Below are positions 1 through 14,242 of a stretch of DNA of 64,000 bases, piece by piece. A program made the translations under genes and the position numbers. The notes under the pieces were generated by a model, which saw only the letters and a list, made by a program, of their open reading frames with translations, made no database searches and was not told the origin of the DNA. The stretch comes from Raillietiella orientalis (Eukaryota). Positions within the stretch are counted from its first letter, which is position 1. Every line of letters begins with the position of its first letter. Location: NCBI GenBank assembly GCA_036172245.1, contig JAYWIR010000015.1:2666001-2730000 (forward strand), written 5' to 3'.

Positions 1-296
1 TTATAATCGATGAGGTTTGAGGTGGCCAATTCAGGAGTTGCCGCTGGTGTCCCTGCAGATTTGCCTCCTCTGCTCGGGTGTAACAGAAAGTTTCCTCTTT
101 GCAATGGAAGTCCAACATTCTTGTTGTGCCAAGAATAAAAATAGAAACTGTTTACAAAATCTAATGAGAAAAAGTATACTAGTCATTCATTTCGTAAGGA
201 CAATTTAAGAAGGCACGCTCACCTCTTTTTTGAGGGCTGATCGAATTAGCTTCCAGCTGTAACCTCCATGCATCCGAACGAATGTTACAATTCCAG

Positions 297-3200
297 AGAA
301 AAAAGTGGCCCAGTCGAGAAGTGCAGAATCCGACAGAGTGATTGCCGTGGTTGAAAAAAAAAACACGTTCATCACATGGGGAAAGTTTCTCAAACCGTGG
401 AGATGGAAGACGAAAAGGAAAAAGACTTCGGACATGGTTGTTTCCCATAATAGTAAGTGAGAAACTTTTTCCTTCTTTTGGTTTCATTCGGGCTGCTCCA
501 CAATTTCGAGGCTTTTAGCCAGGATAGTAGTGAGGTACGTTTTACGACGTACCATCAGATATCCCGATAATACTTTAAAGGGAGCATTTTTTCTTCCTTC
601 GTACGCTTCCGTTTCGCAACAATAGCTACCGGAAGCGACGACATGTTTTTGGCAAGCTGTTTGGGAGCTCAGTAAGTTTCGTGCTTCACCATGTAAGCGT
701 TTATTTCGAGTTTTCCATCTTTATGAATCAGTGATTATGAAATACGCCTGTAAGCCGTTTTGTAGAACAGGAGGTAACGACGGATGGTAGAAATATGGCC
801 GTTCCTCTTTTCAGGAGGGTTTTTTTTTTTTCGTTGCCGTTTGTATCGTATGTGGCTGCTGTCGGTTATGTTCTTGTACGTGGGTGGACGTTACCGTTGG
901 CAGTTTCGTTTGTTTCTAGATCCATGTAATGGAAAGGTGGTCAGATCGGTAGTCGATGAAGAAATCGGTTCCTCTGTACCGTTTGTATTTCCCTTTTCCA
1001 TTCGACAGGTGCAGCATTTTTTTCCCCTTGGTTCTTCTGCATCCACTTATTCTTATTTTCTCATTCAGTTTCCTCTTGCGTGCTTTCCACGACAACGAAG
1101 TGCCCATGATTTGATTTCGTGATGTTTTGCGCGTAATCTGGGCTGAATCGAGGAATTATTAATGTAAATGTGGCAGCATCGACTACGTAGTGGTATCCAA
1201 GCCACGTGCAGGGAGTTGGTTGGCCAAGAAAAAAGCCAGCATAGTAGATAAAGGAGCACAGTAGACGAGAGAATTCAATCGGGGAGGAAAACTGAGGCAA
1301 GTTGCGAAGGAAGCATTCAAAGTCGGTTTAAATAAGCCATACTAAGAGTTTATCTGTGAGTGGCTGATTATCTTCCGTCTATCAGCCCGCACTCCGGCTC
1401 CTTAAGTGATTTGGGGAAAGACGAGATGCCCATCGGATGAAAGAAAGCGTAAAAGGTGAAGCCGTTGAGAATTTCGTATTTTATTATAGTACAAAACTCT
1501 TCGGAAGTCTGGTAAAATAAAACAAAAGAAACAAAGGGCTGTATGGGCTTTTTTGCATGTAAAATTCCCAAATAAAACAAGTTTGAAAATCAAAACACGT
1601 AAAACACTGGAAACACACTTACTGAGAGAGAGAGGTACTCTTAACACACTCAAACAGCTTGAGTGTTCCATATAAAGATTTGTTTTTCCCATAATTTCCT
1701 TCTCACCTCTCCCCCCCCCCTCCCCACTGTCAGATATTTAGTGAAGCTGCAGTGACGTTTATGCACACGTACTTTCCCTATATGTTCAGTTTAGCCAAGT
1801 CGTTAATTTAATTTGAAGTGAAAGGAGCCTTTCACATTCAGGAGTTCGTCTGTCCATCTCCTGAATGCTTGAGCAATAAAAAATTCATGTTGTCAACACG
1901 CACGAGGGAAATTATTTAGATCTCCATATGCGTTTTTCCCTCGTACTGCGTTCTGATGTCATGTAGCTTTTTCAATTTGAATGTTTCATGCATCTTTTGC
2001 GTTTGCCTTTGAGCTTTTCCGTGTTTTTTATAACTTCCGTATGAATAATAGTCGACTGTAGATGGGAAGCTGGCGTTCCTTTTTTTTCGTTTTTGCTTTT
2101 TTTCCGGGATCACTTCCGATGTGATGTGTTGCGAAGTGAACCGTTGTGAGGCGTGATTTTCACGATCTTGCGCACGGCGCAAAAATAAAAAATCGTTCGG
2201 TGAAGACGCCACGAGGGCAATTCACAACGCTCTTGCATGGAAGTAGGAAGTGCTGTTGTGTGAGGAGTCTCCAGGCTATTCACTTGGCATCAAATGTGCA
2301 AACTTACTTAATCCCCACTCACTCATTCGGTGACCACAGCAACACGTTGGGAAAAATGCGCCCCCGGTGGTGTTTTGCAAAGGAAACCAACGTCGCCAAT
2401 GAGGCTTCCATAGGTATAAAAGGAGAGGTCACGTTGTCACAGTAATCATGTAAAGAAGAGTCCGATTTTGTAACTTTACTCTTTTCGATTAGTGTGGTTT
2501 TGCTTCCAGTAGTTTTCGACTTCGAAACCTGTGCAACTATTTTGGAGCGTGCCTCTTGCATTTCATAATCTGGCTGTACGCCAGGTTGCTAAGAAACCTT
2601 TGGAACGGTTGTTCTCTGTTTCCTTGATCCTCCTCCCGCGTTGTTCACTTTGCCCATCCTTCCTGTTTGATGATGTCGCTCACTCTCGGGAATGGGCGAA
2701 ACTGGCTTGTTTTGCAAGGTTGTCTTGATCTCATCTTCTCAGGCGAACCAGCTACATCATTTGTGATGCTATCAGTTTCACCAATTTGAATTGGAACGAT
2801 TGCATCAATATAGCATCCAGATTTAGAAAAAATCTGCTCTGCTCTTTTGCTTACATTCGTGTAACCGAGCTATCTCTTGCATCCTTGCCTTTAGAGTTAT
2901 GCTTCACCCTTGGTGACCGAATCACAAAAACCTCGAAAATTGAATCATCTCTTGGTCTTCCTACAATTCGGGAAACTGAGCACCCTCACCTAAACCTTCC
3001 GAGTAACTGACCTTTTCGTTCCATTCTCTGAGCTGTAATTGGTGCGCAATACTATCTTTAGCTAACCATCCGAATTCTGACAGGGTACTGGATGAATTAG
3101 TGAATTTATACTTCACAAAGAGGTATGTTCACAAGAAAGTTTTGACCGGCCGGCAGCACCGATTACCAATTCCATAATGTGGCTCTTTCAGCGCTTTGAG

Positions 3201-6200
3201 AAAAGCCGCCTCTGGTGTCAGCTGCATTTGTGCACCGTTTGCTAAAAGAACAAACTTTTACTGTTGAGTGTGTGCTCAGCAGTAGTGTAATCGTTGCCAG
3301 CATTTTTTTTATTTTAGTGTGCCTTGCATGATTTCTAGATGAACCCTATGTCTCCGAAAATCTTTTTGGAACTTTAAGTCGAAAATACCAGGATTCTTCT
3401 ACCTTACGATCAGTGCAGACCTTTATTATTTGGTATTGCAAACGAGAACTGTATGGGGCATTCCTCTAGAAGGGATGCCAGAAAACTCCGGCATTCTTTT
3501 CATGGTCACCGAAAAGGCGGTTACTGGTTCTTTCAGGTGTTAGACGCAGCTGCACAAGTCCCTCCACTCCACTGTGATAGTGCTCACCTCGACGTTGAAC
3601 TTCATCAAAACCATAGTTGAGCAGCACTTTGCAAGTGTTTCCATCGTTTCCAATTGACAGTTACCTAGTTCTTCGGTCTTATTCATCAGAGTAGGCTTAA
3701 GTAAAGTAGGATACGTTATCCAGTGAGGTTGGGTAGGGAACGTTTGCATGTTTCCCTCTTGCACGCTTTAGGGGTTTTCGCTTCATTCGTGCTGAGCTTC
3801 TCGGTCCTCATCATCTTATGTTGATGAAATTCACCGATGGACTTGGGGTCGGTCTTTCCTCTCTACGATGGTTGCATTCCGTTTTTATCTGCTGCGGCGT
3901 CAATCTTTCGTCTGGAACTCGTATTCCGATCAAAGGGTTCCTCTAAAAGTCCAAGTATTTTGATTTCTTAAGTGAGAGAGGACTACTACAACGGTCTGTC
4001 TTGGCCCTAAGCACACGCTGTGAGCCCTAGTGCTCGGAGTCATGGCACGAGCAGTTGCCAGTCGGGGTCAAGAAAGGACGAGTTCGCATACTGCAATTCC
4101 AACGAAGGGAAAGTCACCAAGTCCAAGCATCCAGTAAATTGTTTTATCACACGAACATCTGGGGGTGTTTGGGAGCAACTCTTTCCACTTCCGCTGCGCG
4201 ATCTCTTTCAGCATAAACTATAAGATTTAGTACAGGAAGCTGTAACCTTAGTACGTTTATTTGTATCTCGTATTTCACGCTTTCCAAACTAGCGTGGAGG
4301 AAAAGTGGATTCTTGTGTTCTCTCCATCCCGAGGTTTCTCGAAGATTCCAAGTGCTTTTCGGAACAGGCCTATCCTACTTTGCATGCGTTTTACCCTCAT
4401 TCGCAGTAAAATATTTGTTTACACAAAGTTTGGTGTCGCTCCACCCCTTGTCTTCCCAAATCGCCGCAAGTTTTCGCCCTGGAGATCATTCCTAAATTCC
4501 TTTTAACGGGAGATGGTTGCCTCAGTATTCTGAGGTAGATCTTTTGTGTATTTCGCGGTTAGAACTGCGTGCGATGGCACGGGCGCGTCCTCAAGCAGGA
4601 TCGCTGCTGATCGGGTTCGAATTGATTTGCAAGGTCAGAGCCATAGATAAAACATTAATGCATTCGAAGGTGCGATTGTGGCGTCGATTTTAAATGTTTC
4701 CTAGTGATTGCCTCACGGGATCTTCGTGAGGAATGCAGGAAGGGCATTTCTCCTCTCTGTGAACTTGACCGGAATTGGTTTTTGCAACCAGTGCATCGCC
4801 CGCATCTACAGGAGGTGGCTTGCACTGCGAAACCCATTGGCTCGCCCCTTGTTTCCCGATTCATCATCTTCCTATTCTTTAATTCGGCCACAGTTGCAGC
4901 TGAGGATATTGGTATTACTTCACGGAAAGGAATATGCTGTTGCCAAAGGTCATTCTGACCTTTGGCAACATTTAGCACATTCTGAATTTTCCGAAATGCT
5001 TTTCCAACACCACAAGTTTTCATACAGTAAAGGAATTATTGGCTTCAGAAGTTATGAGCAGTGGGAAGATATTGCAGCGCATGTATAATAATTCCAATTT
5101 AATTCATCGGCCTTGGTGAAAATTTCGACACACTGTGCAGATAAGCGATGGAGAACAACTCATCTTGAAGGTTTACACAGGGCTTTCTGAGAAGTTGGTT
5201 AATTATTTGGTGTATGCATGCATTGGTTTGCATGTTAATGGATGCTGCTCGGTTATTTTTTTTTTTAATGGGGTGTGGTGAGCACCGGGTTATTTGGAGG
5301 AAGGAAGAGACTGTGGTGTTAGAGTGGTTTACGTATTGGTACTTTTGACTTAGTTGACTCGTATCCACTGCTTCTAGATTGGGATGCCGTGTGTTGGGTG
5401 GGCCCTTTAGGACAGTCCTTAGCTTGCTTTGGGAGTCGTGATGACATTCAGCAAATGGGTTTTTGAGTGTTGTCTGAAGGTGTTGTAGTATTTCGGTTTG
5501 CTTAGTCATTTTTCGATGTTAATTGTAGCTGTACTTGTAATTGGACGGTTACCTTTGAAATCAGGGTTTTTAGCTCTTCTTTTTTTGACACATTTAATCG
5601 TAAGATGGTACTCTATAAATTGAAATTGTGGTTCAGAGTTGGAAAAGTATTCCAAAAGCCTACTAGTGAGGCACTCGTCCCTAAAGAAACTGGCACCGTG
5701 CTGTTTGCCAGCACCCTCTACGTCATTGTAATTCTAATAATCCCCAACGTGAGTATTATTTCACCACGTCGGCGATACACATGTGCATGAAGGTAGCAAA
5801 AGAATGAATTTGCAAGCGAATGGGATCTTTGCGTTGATATCAAATAGGAATAAAACCGTTTGGACACGTAAGGGACGTCTGATCTTCGTGCAATAAGGGC
5901 CGTACTGTTTCCAGAAATGTTGAAACCAAGTTGCTATAACGAAGGTTGCCTCCAAAGTTCGGAAGTCAGTTATTATAAAGTTATCTCAAGTTGCCCAAAA
6001 TTATGCGTTCAAGATATTTTGTGCCTCACGTGGTCTCATGTGAGAGGTACTTGCGCTTCGAAAGCCCTTGTGAAGATCTCTACGGATCTAACTTTTTACC
6101 GTGCATTGTGCATTGTGACATTCCAGTCATGGTGTGACGGCATTGCCATGTTTCATCAAGTTTTTCATTATACGGCATCCATTCATTGTATTGGTTGAAC

Positions 6201-9200
6201 ACTTTTCGCTTGCATCTGATTTAGATTCTTGGTGTTTGTCTTCGATCTCTCTCTGAATAAAGTTGTGGATGCACGTGCTCAGCTTGAACGAGAAAGAGTT
6301 GCATGAAGCCGTCAATCCGGTGAAGCAGCCACTGGTCCTTGCTCTTCGCTGGACCCACGTATCTCCATTGTATAAAGAAAGCGATGCTTTTGAACTCTGG
6401 GTAGACGAAAAATTTGCTTAATGTTTTTCTTTCTTTATTTGTTTTTGTTTACTCCCCATTGAATCGGATGATTCTCTCGATCTGTAAAGGGTCATTGCAC
6501 CTCAGGCAGTGTTAACTGGAAATAACGAACTATTATGTGTTCGATAGAGTTACTGAGAAAAATGAAATCGAAACGTATTATTCAATGCTGCATAAATTTT
6601 TTCTATAAAGGGGGTTTCATTAGCTTTTTTAAAAGCAAACTTTTCGTGGTTGAATGAGCTCGGACTTTTGTGTAACGTAGTCATTTCAATTTGCTGTTCG
6701 TGGTGGAAGTCAAGAGTTCTGCGAAGAATTGTACAGATGGGGAATTCTTACACTGTATAGCTACTTTCATTCTTTCCAACTTATTCCATCGTTTCAAAAT
6801 GAGGTGGTCTGCCCCAGTGAACTTTAATGTCTGCTTGTATACAAGAAAGGCCATTTACCCGCTTTCAGAGTTGTATACGTCTTCTGAGTATGTCATCAGA
6901 TTTTGCGAGAGTTATGAATGGATGTTTTGTTTGCTATGTGGAAATTTTTTCTTCCACGTTAATTGGAGATTTGTTCGTCTCGTAGCTCTCATCAATAACG
7001 GGCCGATCCCTGGGAAAAGTATCCAAGAAGAAAATGCTCTTTCCCCCCTTTCTTCCCCAGGTAACGATATTTTTTTTCATTTTTTGAACTTCCGTGAATG
7101 CCCAAGAAGTTTGCATGTTGCGGTGTTGGGTGCAGTCGCCTCATAAAGACACCATTAACGGCGTGTCTGTTTTTGCACACTGCCGACACTTGATGTGGTG
7201 GTGGATGCAAAGGCGCATCCAAAAGGCATCCTTTCGGATGTCTTTTGGCGCAGATTGCATTCGTATGCGGAAAATTCGCTGTGCTTGAAATGGTTCATAC
7301 GATTCGCTCCGGTTGTGCAAGACCTTGGCCAATGTTTCCGCTTTCTTCCCGAACGTGCCTTGCAGAAATGCTACCATATAGTAGTATTCAGCAATTCCGT
7401 TGTGTAATGTAATAATAAGTGAACAGTAATACTCCCAACGACGGGTGTTCCGCGTTGAACAAAAAGGCACTTTTTTTTCCCCCATGCATTCGCGAAGTTC
7501 AGCTCTCTTAGCTGCAAACATATCTGTTCCACGTGCGCACTCACTCGAAAATTGTCACGTCTCACGTATTTGCCATGACCCGAAAAAAGTGCTTTCGAAA
7601 GCAGAAAAAAAATAAAATAAAATATTGTGAAGACAGTGCCTTCCTCCCCTCCGTCTTCTAATGGAGGAGGAGTTAAGAATCGCAGGGAGAAGTTGTGTGT
7701 TCTCGTTTCGACAGAGATGTGTATGTGCATCGCGGATGCTGGAAGGCCCTGGGGACCTCGTTTCATAAAGGCTACAAGCACTGAGCACCAACAGGTTCAA
7801 AAGTTGAGCGATGCTATCAAATTCACTTAAAATAGGAGCAAGTGAACGTTTGCTCGAAATCCGAGGTCGCCTTGTTTCCAGTGCATAGCAGATCGGTCTT
7901 CGTTGTTTCCTACCATCACTCCATACCCTAAAGCCGGAGGGGAATCCTTCTAAACCAGCGAACACTGTGGGCACTTCCATCTCCACCCTGACCGCAACCG
8001 CGCAGCACGTTGCTTTTCACCAAAGATCACTTTCCTTTTCTTCAGAACCACCGCCAGAAGTGCCACCTCGGTATCCCCGTGTTCCGAGTGCCGTGCGCCA
8101 TTCGAAATGCCACCCTACCGGCCAAGCAGTATCGTTTGAAAAACTTTCTCACATCCGGGTTTGGAATGCGACCATATCGAATCGAACACCCCAAAGTATG
8201 AAAGGATTCCCGAAATTATTTCGGGAAAGCGCGTCGTACTGCGTTAAGTTTTTCCCGAATTTTTAATGTTTATTTTTAAAGAGCGTTTGCGTAAAGGAAA
8301 AGGAAAGCCTTGGAAACGGAGATTTAGTTTGTTGGGATTCTGCTTGCCTATGTGACCTTGGAGTGCCACCACCTAGGACGTTAGAGAACTCTCTCTTTCC
8401 TGCAATCCACGTCGCTAAGTTCGCGAGGCCCCGTTTTTTTCCGGATCAAGATTTGTTCCAGAATTCTGCTGGTAACCCGACCGATTCCCAAGAATAGCTT
8501 TTTGTGTATGAAGCATGAGATTTCCCATGTGCGTCTATCTGCATTGCCCTCTTCCACCAGTGTATCAGCTGTTGGCTTTCCATTCCCCGTTGTTTGTTTG
8601 GGCTGTGGAAACTGAGAAAATCTAAAAAACGTCCATGCCAACCATTCTTTCGTGCTCCAACCAGTATTTTCAGAGTGGTTTGGTAAAATCTATCGATGGT
8701 CTGATAAGATATGCGGATAAGATAAATGGAATTTTTTCTTCATGAAGAAAGCGTTTCGTAATCTTTGTAGCTTTCCCGACGGGGCCCAAACAGCGGAATT
8801 TCGTGGTGCAGCGGACAGTCAGACTGCATGTGTTTCCGGAAAATCTTTCGGTTACTTTGCCAAGGTGGTCACACCTTTATCTCACTCCATGCATGTCGAT
8901 TCCATCTTTCGATTAGCAAATTCTGGTTTTGCAACTTGATGCTCGCTTGGCCGAGTCCCAAAGATTTTTGCAACCACCGCTAAACTGTCGATTATAATTA
9001 CGTACTGCGTCGATTGAGTTTGTTCGGTTTTTCGCAGGGTTTCCGGTGTTTCCCGTGAAATTCCCGTCGGGCTTCTATGGCAGTGCGTGTGGGTCGCTTT
9101 TCCCGATCAGCTTAACGTGATGATCCGGTTTGTAATGTTACTAAAAAAAAAAAAAAAAAAAAAAAAGCAGCAGTTCTTCGTCTGTCCTATCATTCCTGGA

Positions 9201-12200
9201 ATACACAAGTGCCTTAGTAAATCCTTTTTCTTTTCTTCGCTCCTTCCTTCCTTCCTTTTTGTTTTTTCGTCGTTTCCCGCCAATCTCAAGAGCCGTGCAC
9301 GTCAGTTTCTGTGAAAGAGAAATTTGGGGAAAGAGAATTAATTATAACGTGGCACATTAGGAAGGGTACTCGGGCTGTTTTCCCTCCTCCCTGCGTTAAC
9401 TTCTTACGACAGGAGGCGTCAGCTATGATGCTGGCTAACTTGTGAGCTATTTCCATCGTGAAGATTCCTCAATCTATCTTTCACTCTTAAGCTTCCAGTT
9501 GATTGCACGCTTTCATACGGAGCTGTTAGGCTTTTCAGTGTATGAGTTTGACTTCCTCGGATAGCAAGGATACATTCCTAAATTCCTCAAACTCTGCTGC
9601 TTACGTGCTGCATACTCTCTGCTGAAAGTGCTTGGGGAGAGTATGCTGCATTGTGTCGTCTTGAAAAAGGGATCACTACCTTTATCACAACCTACGCAAT
9701 ATGTCACAAGAGGTTCAGGTTTCTCGTTTGGTGCGAAGCGGCAGCGAACTTCATTCCTGGTTTGAAGGAGGCGTGACGTCAGATTTCGTCTCATTCCAGA
9801 ATGCCTTTTTCTTTTCGTCATCTTAAGAAATGTCTAATCAGGCTGTTTTCCTTGAGCTGGGTTCGCATTCCTGTAATCCTTTCTTTTGTTTTTGTCACGT
9901 CACTTCCAGCATGGCAAGGACAGATTTCTGAGGACTTTTGAAATTTTGATGTTTTCTTGTAGCGTTTTGGTTCGGCCCTTAGAGACCACCGCAGCGCTCC
10001 TTATCAGTTCCGCCTTGCAGCTCCACTCTTATCTTTTTTTTTTTTGGAAAGGGAAACACAGCTCTCAGCATTTTCAACCGGATGCCATCAGCTTCTGGTC
10101 CATACTTGTGCAACTGTTGGTGTCATTCACGGAATATTGCAAACTGTCTTGCTTTTTCCCATCCATGTCATACTTAGCGCATCATCTGTTTCATATGCCT
10201 CTTTGGGGGATTGGGGGTGGAGGGGGATGGTCTGGAAAGAATTCTCAAAGTTTTCTGAAGTTCTTATGCCTGTCAAAATTCAATTCGATGTCTTTCAATT
10301 CGATATCTTTACCCTACAATGGTCACACTTGTTCTGGAACCCACGCTTTGTGCACGAGATTCTCTCATTACGCGGGGAAGGCAAGTGCAATCTTTTTCCA
10401 AAACGAGGCATCAGTGACCTTCATTGTGGGGTAACCTCGAGTACTTGTATCCATCAACCATCCCGTAGTTGGCGTGTAAACCGTCGTAGTAATGTGGGCT
10501 GCTGTCTTATGTTTAGTGCAGCGCTTCTAGTTTTTCAGATTTGCTTGTTTTTTGGTTTCCCGTTGTGCTTAGATGCGAGAAATTGCTGATTGAAGTTTAA
10601 ATATTGTGTGAACTGCCGTGAAATCCAATCTATTTGTAGCAGTGAAATATTACTGTGGCTGTTTTTCTAATGAACACTCATTCAGATAATGGAAGCCCCC
10701 CAGTTAAGGAAGTTTCCAGTATCCCACTTGCCATGAACTCCGCTGAAAAATATTCTGAAGAAATCGGCAAGGAATTGAAAAAAATGATGGAAACCACCCT
10801 CCCTTCTCCGTTTTCATATCTACCCAACAACTTTGTGTTTAATCTGAATAATCAGAATCACAATTCCATATCTTCTGGAAAAGAAGTGTCTTCCCATGTA
10901 CCAGTGTTTCCAGTTTCCAATAGGATGCCAGTCTTTCCCATTTCACCAGACTTTGATGCTAGTCATTTAGTATGCCGAGAACGTTTGTCGAATTCCAAAG
11001 TGTATCCGTCTCCAACAAGTTCCGTTTTAACATCTACGATGCTCTGTACCCCCATTCCCTTGCCTGGAATGACAACACGCCCCTTTTCACTACCCGTCTC
11101 GTCATCTTTCAGCTCTGTATGTGTCAACAAAGAAGGCAGCTACATGGTACTCTTTTTATCTTCATTTGTGTGTGCGTGCGTGTGCATGTTTGAGAAAAAT
11201 GTGTTTTCTTTTGTCGCAGAATGAGATCCCACGTCAAGTGTTTGTGTCGGAAATCGGCCCTATCCCTCCACCACCGATGTTCAACTCAGCTACGCTTCCC
11301 TTCGGCACAGGGTACGGCGTGCAAAACGCACCTTGCTTAAATCTCTCCGACCACGTGTTCGAAGGTACCTTTAGTAGATCAAGATGCGAAATGTAATGTT
11401 TAGAGGCGGGTTGCCCCAGAAAGTGATGAAGACGACATTGGGAGGGAGTTCAGCCTTTTCGAGAATCCATTCGACGGATCGATCAAAAGCATCCATGACA
11501 ACGTCTATTCCTTCGAAGAGATCCCCGCCAAGGAACCCAAGTTCGATGCGCAACCCCTGAAGTCGGCCCTTAAGAAGCCCAACTTTGGTGATTTCAACGG
11601 GAGGACGAGTGACGTGCACGCAGTCAGGTGGGATGTGTTCTTGGAGAACGCGCCGTTACTCTCTTTCAGGATCCCTGTAACTTTAGGAAGAAAACAGGAC
11701 TCTGAAAGCGTAGATGACGATGATTCCACCTCTGGGAGTAATCAAGAGCTAATCACGTGTAGAGAGGCGAAAGAAGGTCGATAGAGGGTCTGCGTCTACT
11801 TTGCATTATTTCCTCTGCTCTTACAGACAGCTTGGCTGCCAAAGTGGCACGTAGAGACAGTCTCGCAGTCAAGCTCGCCCTGCGTCCGGACCGCCAGGAA
11901 CTGATAGCCAGGAACATCCTGCACGAAGACACGGAGCGGGAAAGACAGGAGCACCGTGACGCGGTCGGTGCGAAGCTGATCAGGTAATGTGCCCGGGGGG
12001 GGGGGGAGAAGGGGATTCTTGCCGAACTGTAGGTACTCATCAGGTGTGTGCTTCTTTTAGGCGCCTGAGCCTCCGTCCCACCTTTGCCGAGCTGGAAGAG
12101 CGCAACATCCTGAAGCGTGAGTGCAACCGGATGCAGAGCGAGCACGCCTGGCGTCTTCTTGCAGGGCACACAGTGGAGGAAGAACTGGTCGAAAAGGAGA

Positions 12201-12457
12201 ACAAGAGGCTGATCCTCTTGCGCAAGCTGAGCTTCCGACCGACGATCGAGGAACTCAAGGAAAGGAAAATCATCCGCTTCAACGACTACGTGGAGGTGAC
12301 CCAAGCCCAGGACTACGATCGGAAGGCCGACAAGCCCTGGACCCGTCTCACCCCGAAAGACAAAGCGAGCATTCGCAAAGAACTGAACGAGTACAAAAGT
12401 AGCGAAATGGCTGTGCACGATGATAGTCGGCATCTGATCCGCTTTCACAGATCCTAG
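297..12457 (+). CDS. PHACTR: Phosphatase and actin regulator (RPEL-repeat PP1 cofactor), spliced, 5' end not resolved
   Basis: Exons read by hand: 297-452 ([16 protein letters not shown], the PHACTR N-terminal KPWKW basic motif), 10686-11146, 11220-11364 ([10 protein letters not shown]), 11420-11627 ([21 protein letters not shown]), 11670-11776, 11827-11983 ([24 protein letters not shown]), 12061-12116 ([17 protein letters not shown]), 12165-12457 ([26 protein letters not shown]...[12 protein letters not shown]...RFHRS*). All introns are GT-AG and phase-consistent. Extra exons between 453 and 10685 cannot be excluded. Confidence 0.92.
9143..9166 (+). repeat. Poly(A) homopolymer, 24 nt
   Basis: Run of 24 A in the long PHACTR intron. 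Confidence 0.95.
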
Positions 12458-14236
12458 TAGGAGGGAGCCCGCATGCTCGACTCGGGAGTAGGTGCGCCTC
12501 GAGCGCGCGGAGGCAGCGTACGAAGGAGTGTTTTTCCGAGCATGTGCTTCCATCACCAGACTCTGCATATGTATGTTCTTTCAGTGACGTATTAAAGCGA
12601 ATTTACATGTATCTGGAAAGACCTGAAGAGAGCTTTCTTTCCTAATAAGAATTATACGGGTCTGCGTACTCGTCCGTCTTTGTACACCTTCAAATGTAGG
12701 GACGTTGGCACATGTGCAGCATCTTTCTCTCTGCCTTTTGTGCATGTGTCCACCAGACGCAGTGATGTGATTGAGGCAGCTTCACGGCCGCGTTTGTTCA
12801 GTGGATTTCCCCAAGAGTTCCTGCGACATCTTGCAATACGACGAGAGAGCAGTGGTGTGTGGAGGGTTGCGCCGCCTTCCTTAACTTTGTGTAGGAAGGG
12901 AGGAGGGTCCATTTGTGGTTCCTATCTCATTTTCAGTGTACACCGAAAGCGCATTTTCGAACGTATCATCGGCAGGAATCCTGACCACCTGTTGGATCCC
13001 TCCGAATGGAGTTGCCGTTGGAGTGAAACGATTTTAATCTCTTTCTGCGTCCGTTTCTTGTCTTTGGTGGGGCATTCCATCATCTTCGAGCTCGTAGGCC
13101 CCGCTTCGGATTTCTGCGATTTCCATGTGCCCATTTTTTCTTTTTGTTTTCTTTTTTTAAACCCGTAGCACCGTGCCCTTTTGCAGCAATAGCAGTGACG
13201 GCTTCTGTCTGGCGAGACACCCCAGAGATTGTCGTCACCCGTCGACCCTTCTACTGTGCAGCGGGCGGGTGTCTTCGTGAAACGAATTCGACATCGAGCG
13301 AATGCGTTGCGACTCGTCTATCCCTGCGAACCTTCCCGTCTCTCCTGAATGGGAGAATTGCCCCCTGGGCTGCCAGACTGCTTTTGTTTCCTCCTTGGCG
13401 TGGCGGCGGATCTGTTTCGAACCACCGCCGCCTTGGAAAAAAGGCAGCTCTCCCGGTGGCTCCTTGCGCTGCAGTCCCGTGGGATAGCGTCTGCACACAT
13501 CCCTCTTGTCGAACGTGGAACGTTAGGTCTGCTCGCCGAGATGCGCGTTTCCTGGAAGCTCGGCGCTTGGGGTCACCCAAGATGTCCGTCGTCGCTCGAG
13601 CGGTGCAGGTGCTCTTCTCTCGTTCTTCCGCTCCCGGCCTATTTTCGCTAATTGCCGCGTTTTCGCTGAGCGCGCGCGCTCCAACTTTTTGAGCATGCCG
13701 TTGGCCGTGGTCAAGTGCGTGTCAGAAAGTCGGCATGATAGCGCGAGCAATGCAAACTAAGTGCATGGACCGACGAAATGAAATCGCAGTTCGCCTGCTA
13801 CCCCTTTGGCTCCATACTGGAGTTGGGAGGGAAGGAATCTTCTCCAAAGGGTATCTCCTCCCCTGCAGCAGGTCGTCTGAAACGAAACTCGATCGCGTAC
13901 AAAGGAAAATGCTGAGTGCGGATGAGCCTTCTCATTTAGGAAGTTTTTCGGCAAGGTGTGCTAGCGTTTCCTTGGAACGGTCATCGCTGCTGGCGATCGC
14001 GAACGGCGGTGCAGGGGAGGGTATTTGCTCACAAAGGGCATCCCGCAACTTCATCCCGGTTGTGTTCCTTCCCATCGCCGCGATCGATCGCTCCGGCCCA
14101 TCGACACGTTCAAGCCACTGGGTTTGGCATCATCATCACTGGGTTTCATTCTCGGATGTCGCAAGGTATCCAGAGATTCCGGAGAATTCACCAAAGAAAG
14201 ATGACGCTTCATGGCGCCAGTCAGCTGTTCGAGTAC

Positions 14237-14242
14237 AATAAA
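14237..14242 (+). terminator. Possible polyadenylation signal of PHACTR
   Basis: First AATAAA I saw downstream of the stop at 12457. An ATTAAA at 12591-12596 is an alternative. Confidence 0.3.

Noticed and set aside
4560..4640. GGTTCGA T-loop-like motif at 4614-4620
   Set aside because: No cloverleaf or acceptor stem around it.
11753..12568. 271-aa minus-strand ORF
   Set aside because: Antisense shadow of GC3-rich PHACTR exons.
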